Source: Actinomycetota bacterium (lineage in GTDB: Bacteria > Actinomycetota > Acidimicrobiia > Acidimicrobiales > Ilumatobacteraceae). From it: a DNA stretch of 64,000 nucleotides. Below the pieces are notes generated by a model. The model saw only the letters and a list, made by a program, of their open reading frames with translations, searched no databases and was not told the DNA's origin. Location of the stretch: assembly GCA_039796575.1 (NCBI GenBank), contig JBDKJP010000065.1:12946-76945 (forward strand), read 5' to 3'. How positions within the stretch are numbered: the stretch's first letter is position 1; each line of letters opens with the position of its first letter. Shown one piece after another: positions 35,784 through 47,714 of the stretch. The position numbers were made by a program, and so were the translations under genes.

Positions 35784-36365
35784 ATGTTCACGGGCATCGT
35801 GGAAGAACTGGGCAGGGTGCACTCCTTCGAGGGGTCGCGCCTGCGCATCGAGGCACGCACGGTGCTCGACGACGTGCACCTCGGCGACTCGATCGCGGTG
35901 AACGGCTGCTGCCTCACCGTCGTCGAGTGCGGCGACGGGTGGTGGGAGGCCGACGTGAGCCAGGAGACGCTCGACCGCACCAGCCTGCGCGGCATCCAAC
36001 CGGGCAGCCCGCTCAACCTGGAGCGGTCGGTGAAGTTGCAGGACCGCCTCGGCGGCCACCTGGTGCAGGGCCACGTCGACGGTGTCGGCGAGATCGTCGC
36101 CCCGGTGCCCGACCTGGCCGTGCGCATCCCGACGGCGCTGCTGCGGTACGTGGTCGAGAAGGGCTCCATCACCGTCGACGGCGTGAGCCTCACCGTGGTG
36201 AAGCCGTTGGCCGACGGGTTCACCGTGGCGGTCATCCCGCACACGGCCGCGGTCACGTCGCTCGGTCACAAACAGGTCGGCGACCTCGTGAACATCGAGG
36301 TCGACGTGATGGCGAAGTACGTCGAACGGTTGCTGCAGGAGCAGCGCGGAACGGAGCAGCAGTGA
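35784..36365 (+). CDS. ribE: Riboflavin synthase (alpha chain)
   Basis: ORF trimmed to ATG 35784 (MFTGIVEELG). It has the two lumazine-binding repeats (GDSIAVNGCCLTV / GSITVDGVSLTV). Confidence 0.92.
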   Translation: MFTGIVEELGRVHSFEGSRLRIEARTVLDDVHLGDSIAVNGCCLTVVECGDGWWEADVSQETLDRTSLRGIQPGSPLNLERSVKLQDRLGGHLVQGHVDGVGEIVAPVPDLAVRIPTALLRYVVEKGSITVDGVSLTVVKPLADGFTVAVIPHTAAVTSLGHKQVGDLVNIEVDVMAKYVERLLQEQRGTEQQ

Positions 36366-37042
36366 ACGGCGCAACACACACCCGGGCCGGCTTCGACCCG
36401 ATCGAGACGGCCATCGCGGCCATCGCCGCGGGCGGCATCGTGGTGGTCGCCGACGACGAGGACCGCGAGAACGAGGGCGACCTCATCATGGCCGCCGACG
36501 CCGCCACACCGGAGGCGATCGCGTTCTTCGTGCGGTACACGTCGGGCGTCATCTGCGCGGCACTGCCGGGCGAACGGTGCGACGAGCTCGAGCTGCCGTT
36601 GATGGTGCCGCCCGCCGCCAACGCCGACCAGTTCCGCACCGCGTTCACGGTGACGGTCGACCTCGCGATCGGCACCACGACGGGCATCTCCGCCGCCGAC
36701 CGGGCTGCCACGCTGCGCGCCCTCGGGTCGGCCGACAGCACCCCGGCCATGTTCAACCGGCCGGGGCACATCTTCCCGTTGCGCGCCCGACCGGGCGGCG
36801 TGCTCGAACGCCCCGGTCACACCGAGGCATCGGTCGACCTCGCCCGGCTCGCCGGCCGTTCGGCCGCCGGTGTGCTCAGCGAGGTCACGCTCGACGACGG
36901 CCGCATGGCCCGTCTGCCCGAGCTGCAGGTCTTCGCCCGCACGCACGGCCTGCCGCTCGTGTCGATCGCCGACCTCATCGAGCACCGCACCATCCACGAC
37001 CGGCCGGCGACCGCACTCGTCGGCGCCCTCCCCCACGACTGA
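36362..37042 (+). CDS. ribB: 3,4-dihydroxy-2-butanone-4-phosphate synthase (monofunctional, no GTP cyclohydrolase II domain)
   Basis: GTG 36362 overlaps the ribE stop (GTGA). Motifs: VVADDEDRENEGDLIMAA, TVDL..GTTTGISAADRA, RPGHIFPL, GHTEASVDLARLAG. The protein ends after ~226 aa. Confidence 0.88.
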   Translation: MNGATHTRAGFDPIETAIAAIAAGGIVVVADDEDRENEGDLIMAADAATPEAIAFFVRYTSGVICAALPGERCDELELPLMVPPAANADQFRTAFTVTVDLAIGTTTGISAADRAATLRALGSADSTPAMFNRPGHIFPLRARPGGVLERPGHTEASVDLARLAGRSAAGVLSEVTLDDGRMARLPELQVFARTHGLPLVSIADLIEHRTIHDRPATALVGALPHD

Positions 37043-37050
37043 GAGCCACG

Positions 37051-37518
37051 ATGACCACCTTCCACGGACACATGAACGGACAGGGGCTGCGCGTCGCGCT
37101 GGTGTGCAGCCGCTTCAACGACCTCGTCGTCGGTCGGCTCGAGGCGGGCGCCCGCGACGCGCTGGTGCGCCACGGCGTCGCCGAGGCCGACATCGACACG
37201 GTGTGGGTGCCGGGCGCACTGGAGATCCCGCTGGCAGCGAAGGCGTTGGTCGGCACGGGCCGCTACGACGCGATCGTCGCGCTCGGCGCGGTGATGCGCG
37301 GCGCGACGTACCACTTCGAAGTGGTGTGCAACCAGAGCGCGGCCGGCCTCGCCCGCCTCGCGCTGGAGACCGAGGTGGTCGTCACGAACGGCATCCTCAC
37401 CGTCGACACGATGGACCAGGCGCTCGAGCGGGCAGGCAGCAAGGCGGGCAACAAGGGCGCCGACGTGGCATTGGCCGCGATCGAGACCGTGAACGTGCTG
37501 CGCGCCGCGACGGCCTGA
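37051..37518 (+). CDS. ribH: 6,7-dimethyl-8-ribityllumazine synthase
   Basis: 155 aa: LRVALVCSRFNDLVVGRLEAGA..VWVPGALEIPLAAK..YDAIVALGAVMRGATYHFEVV..GNKGAD. Confidence 0.92.
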   Translation: MTTFHGHMNGQGLRVALVCSRFNDLVVGRLEAGARDALVRHGVAEADIDTVWVPGALEIPLAAKALVGTGRYDAIVALGAVMRGATYHFEVVCNQSAAGLARLALETEVVVTNGILTVDTMDQALERAGSKAGNKGADVALAAIETVNVLRAATA

Positions 37519-37574
37519 CCATCGCACCGGCCGGGTTCCGGCACGGGGTGCTCCCGCCGTGAGCCGCCGCAGAC

Positions 37575-38282
37575 GTGACGGCTAGGGTACGAATCGATGA
37601 ATCCGCGCACCGCGCGCCCGGCCGGCAGGGGCCGTCGGGCGTGACCAAGTTCAGCCTGCTCGAGGGCCTCAGCGATGCCGACACGCGTGCGGTGCTGATG
37701 GCGTCGCGCCGTCGCAAGTTCAAGCGCGGTGAGGCCATCTGCCACGAGGGCGACCCCGGTGACACGCTCTACCTCATCGACAAGGGCCACGTCGCGGTGC
37801 GCGTCACCACGCCCGCGGGCGACACCGCGACGATGCGCGTGATGGGCCCGGGCAGCCAGTTCGGCGAGATCGCGGTCATCGACCAGACGCCGCGTTCGGC
37901 CACCATCGTCGCGCTCGACGCGGTCGAGACGCTGAGCCTGCACCGCGACGTCATCCAGATGTTGCGCGCCCAGCACCCGACCATCGACAAGGTGCTGCTG
38001 AGCGCCGCGCTGTACCAGGTGCGCCGGCTCACGACAGCCCTCACCGAGGCGTTGTACCTGCCGGTGCCGCGGCGGTTGGCCCGCACGTTGCACCGCCTGC
38101 TCGACGTGTTCCCCGAGGGCGTCGTCCCGCTCACGCAGGACGACGTGGCCGGCCTGTGCGGCACCACACGGCAGACCGCGAACGAGGTGTTGCAGGCGCT
38201 CGTCGCCGACGGCGCCATCACCCTGTCGCGTGGTCGCATCACCGTGATCGACGCGGCGAAGCTCGAGCGCGCCGCCCGCTGA
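37575..38282 (+). CDS. Crp/Fnr-family transcriptional regulator
   Basis: It has a cNMP-binding domain (GDPGDTLYLIDKGHVAV..FGEIAVIDQTPRSATIVA) and a C-terminal HTH (LTQDDVAGLCGTTRQTANEVLQAL). The start may be GTG 37641 (VTKFSLLEGL). Confidence 0.85.
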   Translation: MTARVRIDESAHRAPGRQGPSGVTKFSLLEGLSDADTRAVLMASRRRKFKRGEAICHEGDPGDTLYLIDKGHVAVRVTTPAGDTATMRVMGPGSQFGEIAVIDQTPRSATIVALDAVETLSLHRDVIQMLRAQHPTIDKVLLSAALYQVRRLTTALTEALYLPVPRRLARTLHRLLDVFPEGVVPLTQDDVAGLCGTTRQTANEVLQALVADGAITLSRGRITVIDAAKLERAAR

Positions 38283-38329
38283 TCGGCGGGTCGGCCCACG
38301 CCTCGCGTCACAGCGAGTACGTTCGTGCC

Positions 38330-39154
38330 GTGGGGCGCAGTCGAGTTCGACGGCGAGTGATCATCGTGACCGCGGTCGTCGGCGTGCTCGTGTGCGGTGC
38401 GGTGGTGGTGAGCCGCATCTGGTTGAACGACACGGCGCGCACCGTCGACGCCGACGAGGCGGTCGAACGGTTCCGCGAGCAGACCACGGTGCCGCCGACG
38501 GTCGCGCCGTCGGTGGCCGTCACCACGCCGGTCCCGCTGGCCACCACCCCGACGCCGGGGGTGTACCGCTACGTCACCACCGGGAAGGAGACCATCGATT
38601 CGCTCGGCGGCACGGAGCACGCCTACCCCGCCGAGACCACGCTCACGGTCACGCCCGACGGGTGCGGGGTGCTGCTGCGGTGGGACCTGTTGAAGGAACG
38701 GTCCGAGGAGTTCCGATTGTGCGTCACCGAGGAGGGCATCGAGCTCCAGCCGACCGGTGCCTCGTACCACGAGTTCTACGGCGTGGGGCAACGTCAGGAG
38801 TTACGGTGCGATCGCGAGGTGTTGCTGGTGCCGAGCGACGGCGCGGCGCGCGACGTGGTGCCGCTGGCGTGCCGCATCGACGACCAGTTGTGGTTGCCCG
38901 AGTGGGAGGTGCTCGACCGCGCCACCGTCACCGTGGAGGGGACGCCGGTGCCCACGGTGCACGTGCGGATGCGCATCGCCGACGACGACGAGTACTGGGA
39001 GCACACGGTGGTCGAGTGGTGGCTCGACGAGCACGGGTTGCCGGTGCGGATGACCACGACGAAGGAGTCGAAGAGCCCGTCCGATCTGGTCGGCGACGTG
39101 CGCTACACCGAGGTGTACACCGCGGATCTGGTGTCGCTCGAACCGTTGCGCTGA
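38330..39154 (+). CDS. Hypothetical membrane-anchored protein
   Basis: ORF 38156..39154 trimmed to GTG 38330 (VGRSRVRRRVIIVTAVVGVLVCGAVVV, N-terminal TM helix). It continues with a Pro/Thr linker and a ~200-aa extracytoplasmic domain. GC3 is high. I recognise no family. Confidence 0.6.
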   Translation: MGRSRVRRRVIIVTAVVGVLVCGAVVVSRIWLNDTARTVDADEAVERFREQTTVPPTVAPSVAVTTPVPLATTPTPGVYRYVTTGKETIDSLGGTEHAYPAETTLTVTPDGCGVLLRWDLLKERSEEFRLCVTEEGIELQPTGASYHEFYGVGQRQELRCDREVLLVPSDGAARDVVPLACRIDDQLWLPEWEVLDRATVTVEGTPVPTVHVRMRIADDDEYWEHTVVEWWLDEHGLPVRMTTTKESKSPSDLVGDVRYTEVYTADLVSLEPLR

Positions 39155-39158
39155 GCGG

Positions 39159-39665
39159 TCAGCGACTGGCCGACGACGTGGTGGCCACGGTCGGCGTGGC
39201 ACCGCTGGACGACGACGCTGCCGCAGCGGTGGTCGCCGGGGTCGCGGCGCGCACCGTCGTCGCGACCGCCGTCGTCGCCACCGTCACACCGTCGGGCAGG
39301 CACAGCAGGTCGCCCGGGAACAACGCCGTGTCGGCGTCGGCGCCGTTCGCGGCGTACAGCTCGTCGACCGTGAGGCCGCTCTCCTGTGCGAGCAGCAGCC
39401 AGTAGTCGCCCGAGAGCACCGTGTAGGTGTTCGTGCACGGTGCCGCCGTCGTGGGGGCGACGGAGGTCGACGCCGCGGTGGTCACGGGCGTGGTCGTGGT
39501 GGTCGCCGGCGTCGCTTCGGTGACGGCACCGGTCGTGTCGGGCGAGCTCCCTGCGTCGGCGCCGCCACCGGCGAAGAACCCGGCCATCGAGAGCAGCGTG
39601 CCCATGCTGGCAGCGGCCGCCCATCGGGTGGCACGGCGGGCGGTGGCGTCGTCGTCGATCTGCAT
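39159..39665 (-). CDS. Secreted LysM-domain protein
   Basis: ORF trimmed to ATG 39665 (MQIDDD..). It has a hydrophobic N-terminus, Thr/Ala-rich linkers, and the LysM core [44 protein letters not shown]. Confidence 0.7.
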   Translation of the reverse strand: MQIDDDATARRATRWAAAASMGTLLSMAGFFAGGGADAGSSPDTTGAVTEATPATTTTTPVTTAASTSVAPTTAAPCTNTYTVLSGDYWLLLAQESGLTVDELYAANGADADTALFPGDLLCLPDGVTVATTAVATTVRAATPATTAAAASSSSGATPTVATTSSASR

Positions 39666-39735
39666 GTGCCGATGGTGCGGCACGAGGGTGAGAGCGCGGC
39701 GAGAGGACCACGAATCCGCGGTGAGTTCGCGCCGC

Positions 39736-39821
39736 TGCGCCGCGCAACTGGGTGTGTTCCGTCCCGGTTTCCGGGACGGAACACGCCCAGAAGCCGAAAT
39801 GGGACGAACGACGCCCAGAAG
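39736..39821 (-). repeat. Intergenic repeat element, copy C (inverted orientation relative to copy A)
   Basis: Its reverse complement is CTTCTGGGCGTCGTTCGTCCCATTTCGGCTTCTGGGCGTGTTCCGTCCCGGAAACCGGGACGGAACACACCCAGTTGCGCGGCGCA. It contains a perfect 14-bp-stem hairpin at 39754..39784. It lies between the thiolase stop and the LysM gene start. Confidence 0.85.
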
Positions 39822-39830
39822 GTCAGCGCA

Positions 39831-41057
39831 TCAGAGGCGTTCGATGATGGTGGCGGTGGCCATGCCGCCGCCGGTGCACATCGTGACCAGACCGGTCTGC
39901 AGGTCGCGGCGCTCGAGCTCGTCGACCAGGGTGCCGATGAGCATCGCGCCGGTGGCGCCGATCGGGTGACCGAGCGCCATCGCGCCGCCGTTGACGTTGG
40001 TCTTGTCCCAGTCGGCGCCGGTGTGACGCAGCCACTTCATCACGACCGCGGCGAACGCCTCGTTGACCTCGAACAGGTCGATGTCGGACAGCGACATGCC
40101 GGCCTTCTTCAACACGAGGTCGGTCGCGGGGCCGGGGGCGGTGAGCATGATGACCGGCTCGTCGCCGGCGACGGCGGCCATGGTGATCTTGGCGCGGGGC
40201 ACGTAGCCCTGGGCGCGTGCGTGATCGGGCGAGGCGAGCAGCACGGCCGCGGCACCGTCGACCACACCCGACGAGTTGCCGCCGTGGTGCACGTGGCGGA
40301 TGGCGTCGATGTGCGGGTATGCCTTGCGGGCGGTGTCGTCGATGCTGAGCTCGCGGCCGTTCACCACGTGCGCGCCCATGCCCTCGAAGCTCGGCTTCAA
40401 CTTGGTGAGGTCCTCGAGCGTGGTGCCGGGGCGCACGTGCTCGTCGTGGTCGAGTGCGAGGCGGCCGTCGTCGTGGAAGATCGGCACGAGCGAGCGGTCG
40501 AAACGCCCTTCGGCGATGGCGGCGGCAGCACGGTTCTGGCTGTCGACCGCGAGCTGGTCGAGCTCCTCGCGGCTGAACCCTTCGACGGTGGCGATGAGGT
40601 CGGCCGAGATGCCCTGCGGCACCATGTCGTACTGGTCGCGCAGGTGCGTGTTGTTCGCGGTGAACCCGTCGACGTGCATCGGGGCGGGACGCGACATGCT
40701 CTCCACACCGCCGGCGACGACGAGGTCCTGGAAGCCGGCGAGGATGCCCATCGCGCCGAAGTTCACGGCCTGCTGGCCCGAACCGCAGAAGCGGTTGAGC
40801 GTGACACCGGGGGCCTGGATGGACCAGCCCGCGTCGAGGGCCGCCATGCGGGCGATGTCCATCGAGTGGTCGCCGCTGCCGGCGCCGCAGCCCATGATGA
40901 CGTCGTCGACGGTGGCCGTGTCGAACCCGTTGCGGGCCTGCAGTGCGTTGAGCACCTGGGCGAGGATGCGCTGCGGGTGCACGTCGTGCAGCGCACCCGT
41001 GTCCTTGCCCTTGCCACGGGGCGAGCGAACGGCGTCGATGATCCAGGCTTCTGTCAT
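39831..41057 (-). CDS. Acetyl-CoA C-acyltransferase (thiolase)
   Basis: ORF trimmed to ATG 41057 ([17 protein letters not shown]). It has the active-site Cys in [40 protein letters not shown] and [13 protein letters not shown]. Confidence 0.92.
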   Translation of the reverse strand: MTEAWIIDAVRSPRGKGKDTGALHDVHPQRILAQVLNALQARNGFDTATVDDVIMGCGAGSGDHSMDIARMAALDAGWSIQAPGVTLNRFCGSGQQAVNFGAMGILAGFQDLVVAGGVESMSRPAPMHVDGFTANNTHLRDQYDMVPQGISADLIATVEGFSREELDQLAVDSQNRAAAAIAEGRFDRSLVPIFHDDGRLALDHDEHVRPGTTLEDLTKLKPSFEGMGAHVVNGRELSIDDTARKAYPHIDAIRHVHHGGNSSGVVDGAAAVLLASPDHARAQGYVPRAKITMAAVAGDEPVIMLTAPGPATDLVLKKAGMSLSDIDLFEVNEAFAAVVMKWLRHTGADWDKTNVNGGAMALGHPIGATGAMLIGTLVDELERRDLQTGLVTMCTGGGMATATIIERL

Positions 41058-41113
41058 GCGGCCAACGTACTCACGCACGTCGCCCCGGCCCGAAGCGTGC
41101 GGGTGCGGGCGGA

Positions 41114-44428
<3,315 letters not shown>

Positions 44429-44489
44429 TCAGGGTGAGGCTAGTTCCGCGGAACCGTGTTCACCTGTGTCAGCCGTCATGTGCTCGGGG

Positions 44490-44711
44490 TCAGGCCTCGA
44501 TGAAGATGCACTCCCCCGGGCACTGCTCGGCTGCGTCGAGGACGCCGTCGAGCTCCAGGTCGGGGATGTCGGCCATGCCACCGGCCATCAGCAGGGCGCC
44601 GCGCCCGTCACGCACGTACGACACGCCGTCCTCGAGCTGGAACACCGCCGGTGCGGTGTCCTCGCACAGGCCGTCGCCGGTGCACACGTCGTGATCCACC
44701 CACACCTTCAT
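44490..44711 (-). CDS. Small ferredoxin (single-cluster, actinobacterial Fdx type)
   Basis: 73 aa: MKVWVDHDVCTGDGLCEDTAPAVF...AEQCPGECIFIE. The CxxxxxC...CP pattern is typical of 3Fe-4S ferredoxins. Confidence 0.85.
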   Translation of the reverse strand: MKVWVDHDVCTGDGLCEDTAPAVFQLEDGVSYVRDGRGALLMAGGMADIPDLELDGVLDAAEQCPGECIFIEA

Positions 44712-44868
44712 GACCCACCTCCGGGCTCACGAGCCCGAGAACCCGGGCTGCAACTGTGCTATCGGCGCGGGCACACAGGTGCTTGACGGGACCAAGGTCC
44801 TGTCGAGCCCGAAAACGGCAGAGGGCCGGCCGCCGCAGCGACCGACCCTCGCACTGCGAGCGGTGTGC

Positions 44869-45252
44869 TCAGCCGACGATCTTGGCCTTCATCGCGGCGA
44901 ACTCGGCGTCGTCGATGACGCCCTTCTCCTTGAGCTCGGCCAGGCGGGCCAGCTCTTCGGTGGCGCTCGGCGCGGCAGCCTGACGGATGTACTGGCGGGC
45001 GGCGGCGTCCTGCGCCTGCAGCTGCTCGACTTCGCGACCGGCCATCGAGTTGCCCTTGATGACGATGTAGAGGAACGCACCGAGGAACGGCAGCACGATG
45101 AGGAACACGATCCACAGCACCTTCGAGATGCCGCTGGCGTCCTTGTCGCGGAAGATGTCGGCGAAGATGCGGAACAGCAGCATGATCCACACGAAGAACA
45201 GGAAGAAGTAGAGCATCGAGAAGAACACGTCGAGCAAGCCGAACGAGAGCAT
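44869..45252 (-). CDS. PLDc_N-domain membrane protein with a C-terminal SHOCT domain
   Basis: This is the tail of ORF 44869..46275, starting at ATG 45252. MLSFGLLDVFFSMLYFFLFFVWIMLLFRIFADIF..WIVFLIVLPFLGAFLYI is the PLD-nuclease N-terminal TM pair. ELARLAELKEKGVIDDAEFAAMKAKI is SHOCT. Confidence 0.8.
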   Translation of the reverse strand: MLSFGLLDVFFSMLYFFLFFVWIMLLFRIFADIFRDKDASGISKVLWIVFLIVLPFLGAFLYIVIKGNSMAGREVEQLQAQDAAARQYIRQAAAPSATEELARLAELKEKGVIDDAEFAAMKAKIVG

Positions 45253-45302
45253 TGGGAAACACCTTCTGAGATCAGGACTCCGGGTGGAGTCGGCAGGCGA
45301 GG

Positions 45303-46286
45303 CTAGCGGGGTTCGGCGGCTTCCGTGGCGGGCTCGACCTCGGGCTCGGGTGCACCGTCGAGCGCGAAGTACGTGGCGATGCGTGGGTAGCGCTGCGGCA
45401 GCCTGCGCACGACCGGGAGCCCGAACACGACGTGGCTGAGGCTGCCGAACCGCTCGTAGATGACCGCGGTGAACACGAAGCTGCCCGACATGAGCCGACC
45501 GACGAAGAAGAAGTTGCCGAGCACCGCGACGGTGGTGGCGGTCTGCCCCATCGTGTCGGAGGTGCGTTCGATGCGCAGCGGCAAGTAGTACTGCATGAAC
45601 CACTGCAGGGCCGCGTAGCCGAGGCCGAACAACGCGGCGCCCGGCAACAGCGCGCCGGGGTCCGAGGTCGTGCGCGGCAACGTGATCATCACCACGAACC
45701 ACATCACGCTGAAGCAGGCGAACACGGTGACCCACACGACGAACCCGAGCGCGATGCCCGTGTGGTCGCGGATCGCGGTGAACACGATGTTGGCGGCCAC
45801 CGACACGAAGAACACACCGATCAGCGCACCCATCGACTTCATCTTCTGCTTGGCCTCGTTGATGGTGAGGCCCCATGCGGCGCCCGAGCTGACCGAGAGC
45901 ACGCGGGCCAGCGAGCGGCCCGCCCACAGCGTGATGACGGCACTGGAGAGCATCACACCCAAGGCCTGCCACCGACTGATGCCGAACAAGGCGGTGGCCA
46001 TCGGTCCGGTGGTGGGCGACGACGAGAACGTGTCGTCGAACGCGTTCGAGAAGTGGATGACCCGGCTGAGCGCGATGATGGTGACGTTCGCAGGGATGAT
46101 GAACAGGAACATCCGCAGCGCGATGGCGCTGCCGAGCACCGACCCGAACGCGAGGGCGTCGCGGCGATAGAGCGCCTCCGCCACGTTGACACTGGTCTTG
46201 GCCTCGCTGGCCGACACCCATCGTTGCTTCGCGTCGACGCCCAACGTCTCGGCGCGCTGACGCACCAGGTCCCACTTGCCTGCCAT
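45303..46286 (-). CDS. YihY/BrkB-like polytopic membrane protein (paralog-like of 13370..14245)
   Basis: ORF trimmed to ATG 46286 (MAGKWDLV). It has about 6 TM helices, and ALAFGSVLGSAIALRMFLFIIP resembles the YihY N-terminal pattern. The family call is tentative. Confidence 0.65.
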   Translation of the reverse strand: MAGKWDLVRQRAETLGVDAKQRWVSASEAKTSVNVAEALYRRDALAFGSVLGSAIALRMFLFIIPANVTIIALSRVIHFSNAFDDTFSSSPTTGPMATALFGISRWQALGVMLSSAVITLWAGRSLARVLSVSSGAAWGLTINEAKQKMKSMGALIGVFFVSVAANIVFTAIRDHTGIALGFVVWVTVFACFSVMWFVVMITLPRTTSDPGALLPGAALFGLGYAALQWFMQYYLPLRIERTSDTMGQTATTVAVLGNFFFVGRLMSGSFVFTAVIYERFGSLSHVVFGLPVVRRLPQRYPRIATYFALDGAPEPEVEPATEAAEPR

Positions 46287-46325
46287 TCGACGAATGCTAG
46301 GTCCACCACCTGTCACAATCGCGCC

Positions 46326-47702
46326 GTGGCGACGAAGCGAACCGAGAAGAGCACGGCATTCAGCGATCCGATCGCGCCCCCTGCGCAGCGCCGGGCCGAC
46401 GGCAAGGCCCGGCGGCAGTCCGCCTCACGCACCTCGCACGGGGAGTGGGAGCCGGCTGCGGACCGGCCTGATCCGGTGGAGTTGCTCGTCGAGTCGAACC
46501 GCACCCGCCAGCAGGACCTGGTGCCGTTGCGGTACTCGCGCATGGCGGCGTCGCCGTTCGCCTTCCTGCGCGGTTCGGCGCTGGCGATGGCCGTCGACCT
46601 GCGGCACGTGCCGCAGACCGGCCTCGAAGTCACCATCTGCGGCGACGCGCACATCGCCAACTTCGGCGTGTTCGCCAGCCCCGAGCGGCGACTGGTGTTC
46701 GACCTGAACGACTTCGACGAGGTCACCCGCGGCTCGTTCGAGTGGGACGTGAAGCGCCTCGCCGCGAGCATCACCGTGGCGGCACGCGAGCGCGGGCTCG
46801 ACGCTCCGGCGGCTCGGCGTGTCGTGGTGGAGGCCGTCGACACGTACCGCTTCCGAATGGACGACTACGCCGCGATGTCGCGGCTGGACCTGTTCTACTC
46901 CCGCATCGACGCCGAGGATCTGGCGCACCACCTCGAGGGCGACGCGCGGCAACGGACGGAGACGTTCCTGAAGCGGGCGGGCGAGAAGAACCACCTCCGG
47001 GCACTCGCCAAGCTGACGACGCTCGTCGACGGGCAGTGGCGCATCGTGGAGGACCCGCCGTTGGTGCAGCGCCTCGAAGGGCCGCATCTGCGTGAGCGCC
47101 TCGCCGACGTGATGGCCGGGTACCACGCGTCGCTGCCCGCCGACCGGCAGGCGCTGTTCGAGCAGTACCGGTTCGTCGACTTCGCCCGCAAGGTGGTCGG
47201 CGTCGGCAGCGTCGGCACGCGCTGCTGGATGGTGCTGCTGCAGGGTCCGAACGGTGGGCCGCTCTTCCTGCAGGTGAAGGAGGCCGGTCAGGCGTCGGCG
47301 CAGCAGGCGGTCGGCGCGAGGCCGCGTGGCCACCAGGGCCGCCGAGTGGTCGAGGGTCAGCGGTCGTTGCAGGCCGTGAGCGACGTGCTGCTCGGCTGGA
47401 CCACGGACCCGGTCGACGACACCGACTACTTCATCCGCCAACTGTGGGACGCGAAGGGCAGCTTCGACACCAGCGTCATGCGGGTCGCCGGGTTCCGCGC
47501 GTATGTGCGGGCGTGTGCGTGGGCGCTGGCCCGAGCCCATGCGCGCACCGGCGATCCCGCCACCATCGCCGGCTACCTCGGTTCGGCCGACACGTTCAGC
47601 ACGGCGATGGCCGAGTTCGCCGAGCGCTACGCCGACCAGACCGAGCGCGACCACGCCGCGCTGGTCGCGGCGCTCGCCGACGGTCGCCTGCCGTCGACCT
47701 GA
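46326..47702 (+). CDS. DUF2252-family protein
   Basis: ORF 45432..47702 trimmed to GTG 46326. The blocks LVPLRYSRMAASPFAFLRGSA, CGDAHIANFGVFASPERRLVFDLNDFDE, WDVKRLAASI and FIRQLWD match my recollection of DUF2252. Confidence 0.8.
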   Translation: MATKRTEKSTAFSDPIAPPAQRRADGKARRQSASRTSHGEWEPAADRPDPVELLVESNRTRQQDLVPLRYSRMAASPFAFLRGSALAMAVDLRHVPQTGLEVTICGDAHIANFGVFASPERRLVFDLNDFDEVTRGSFEWDVKRLAASITVAARERGLDAPAARRVVVEAVDTYRFRMDDYAAMSRLDLFYSRIDAEDLAHHLEGDARQRTETFLKRAGEKNHLRALAKLTTLVDGQWRIVEDPPLVQRLEGPHLRERLADVMAGYHASLPADRQALFEQYRFVDFARKVVGVGSVGTRCWMVLLQGPNGGPLFLQVKEAGQASAQQAVGARPRGHQGRRVVEGQRSLQAVSDVLLGWTTDPVDDTDYFIRQLWDAKGSFDTSVMRVAGFRAYVRACAWALARAHARTGDPATIAGYLGSADTFSTAMAEFAERYADQTERDHAALVAALADGRLPST

Positions 47703-47714
47703 GGCGGCACGCCG

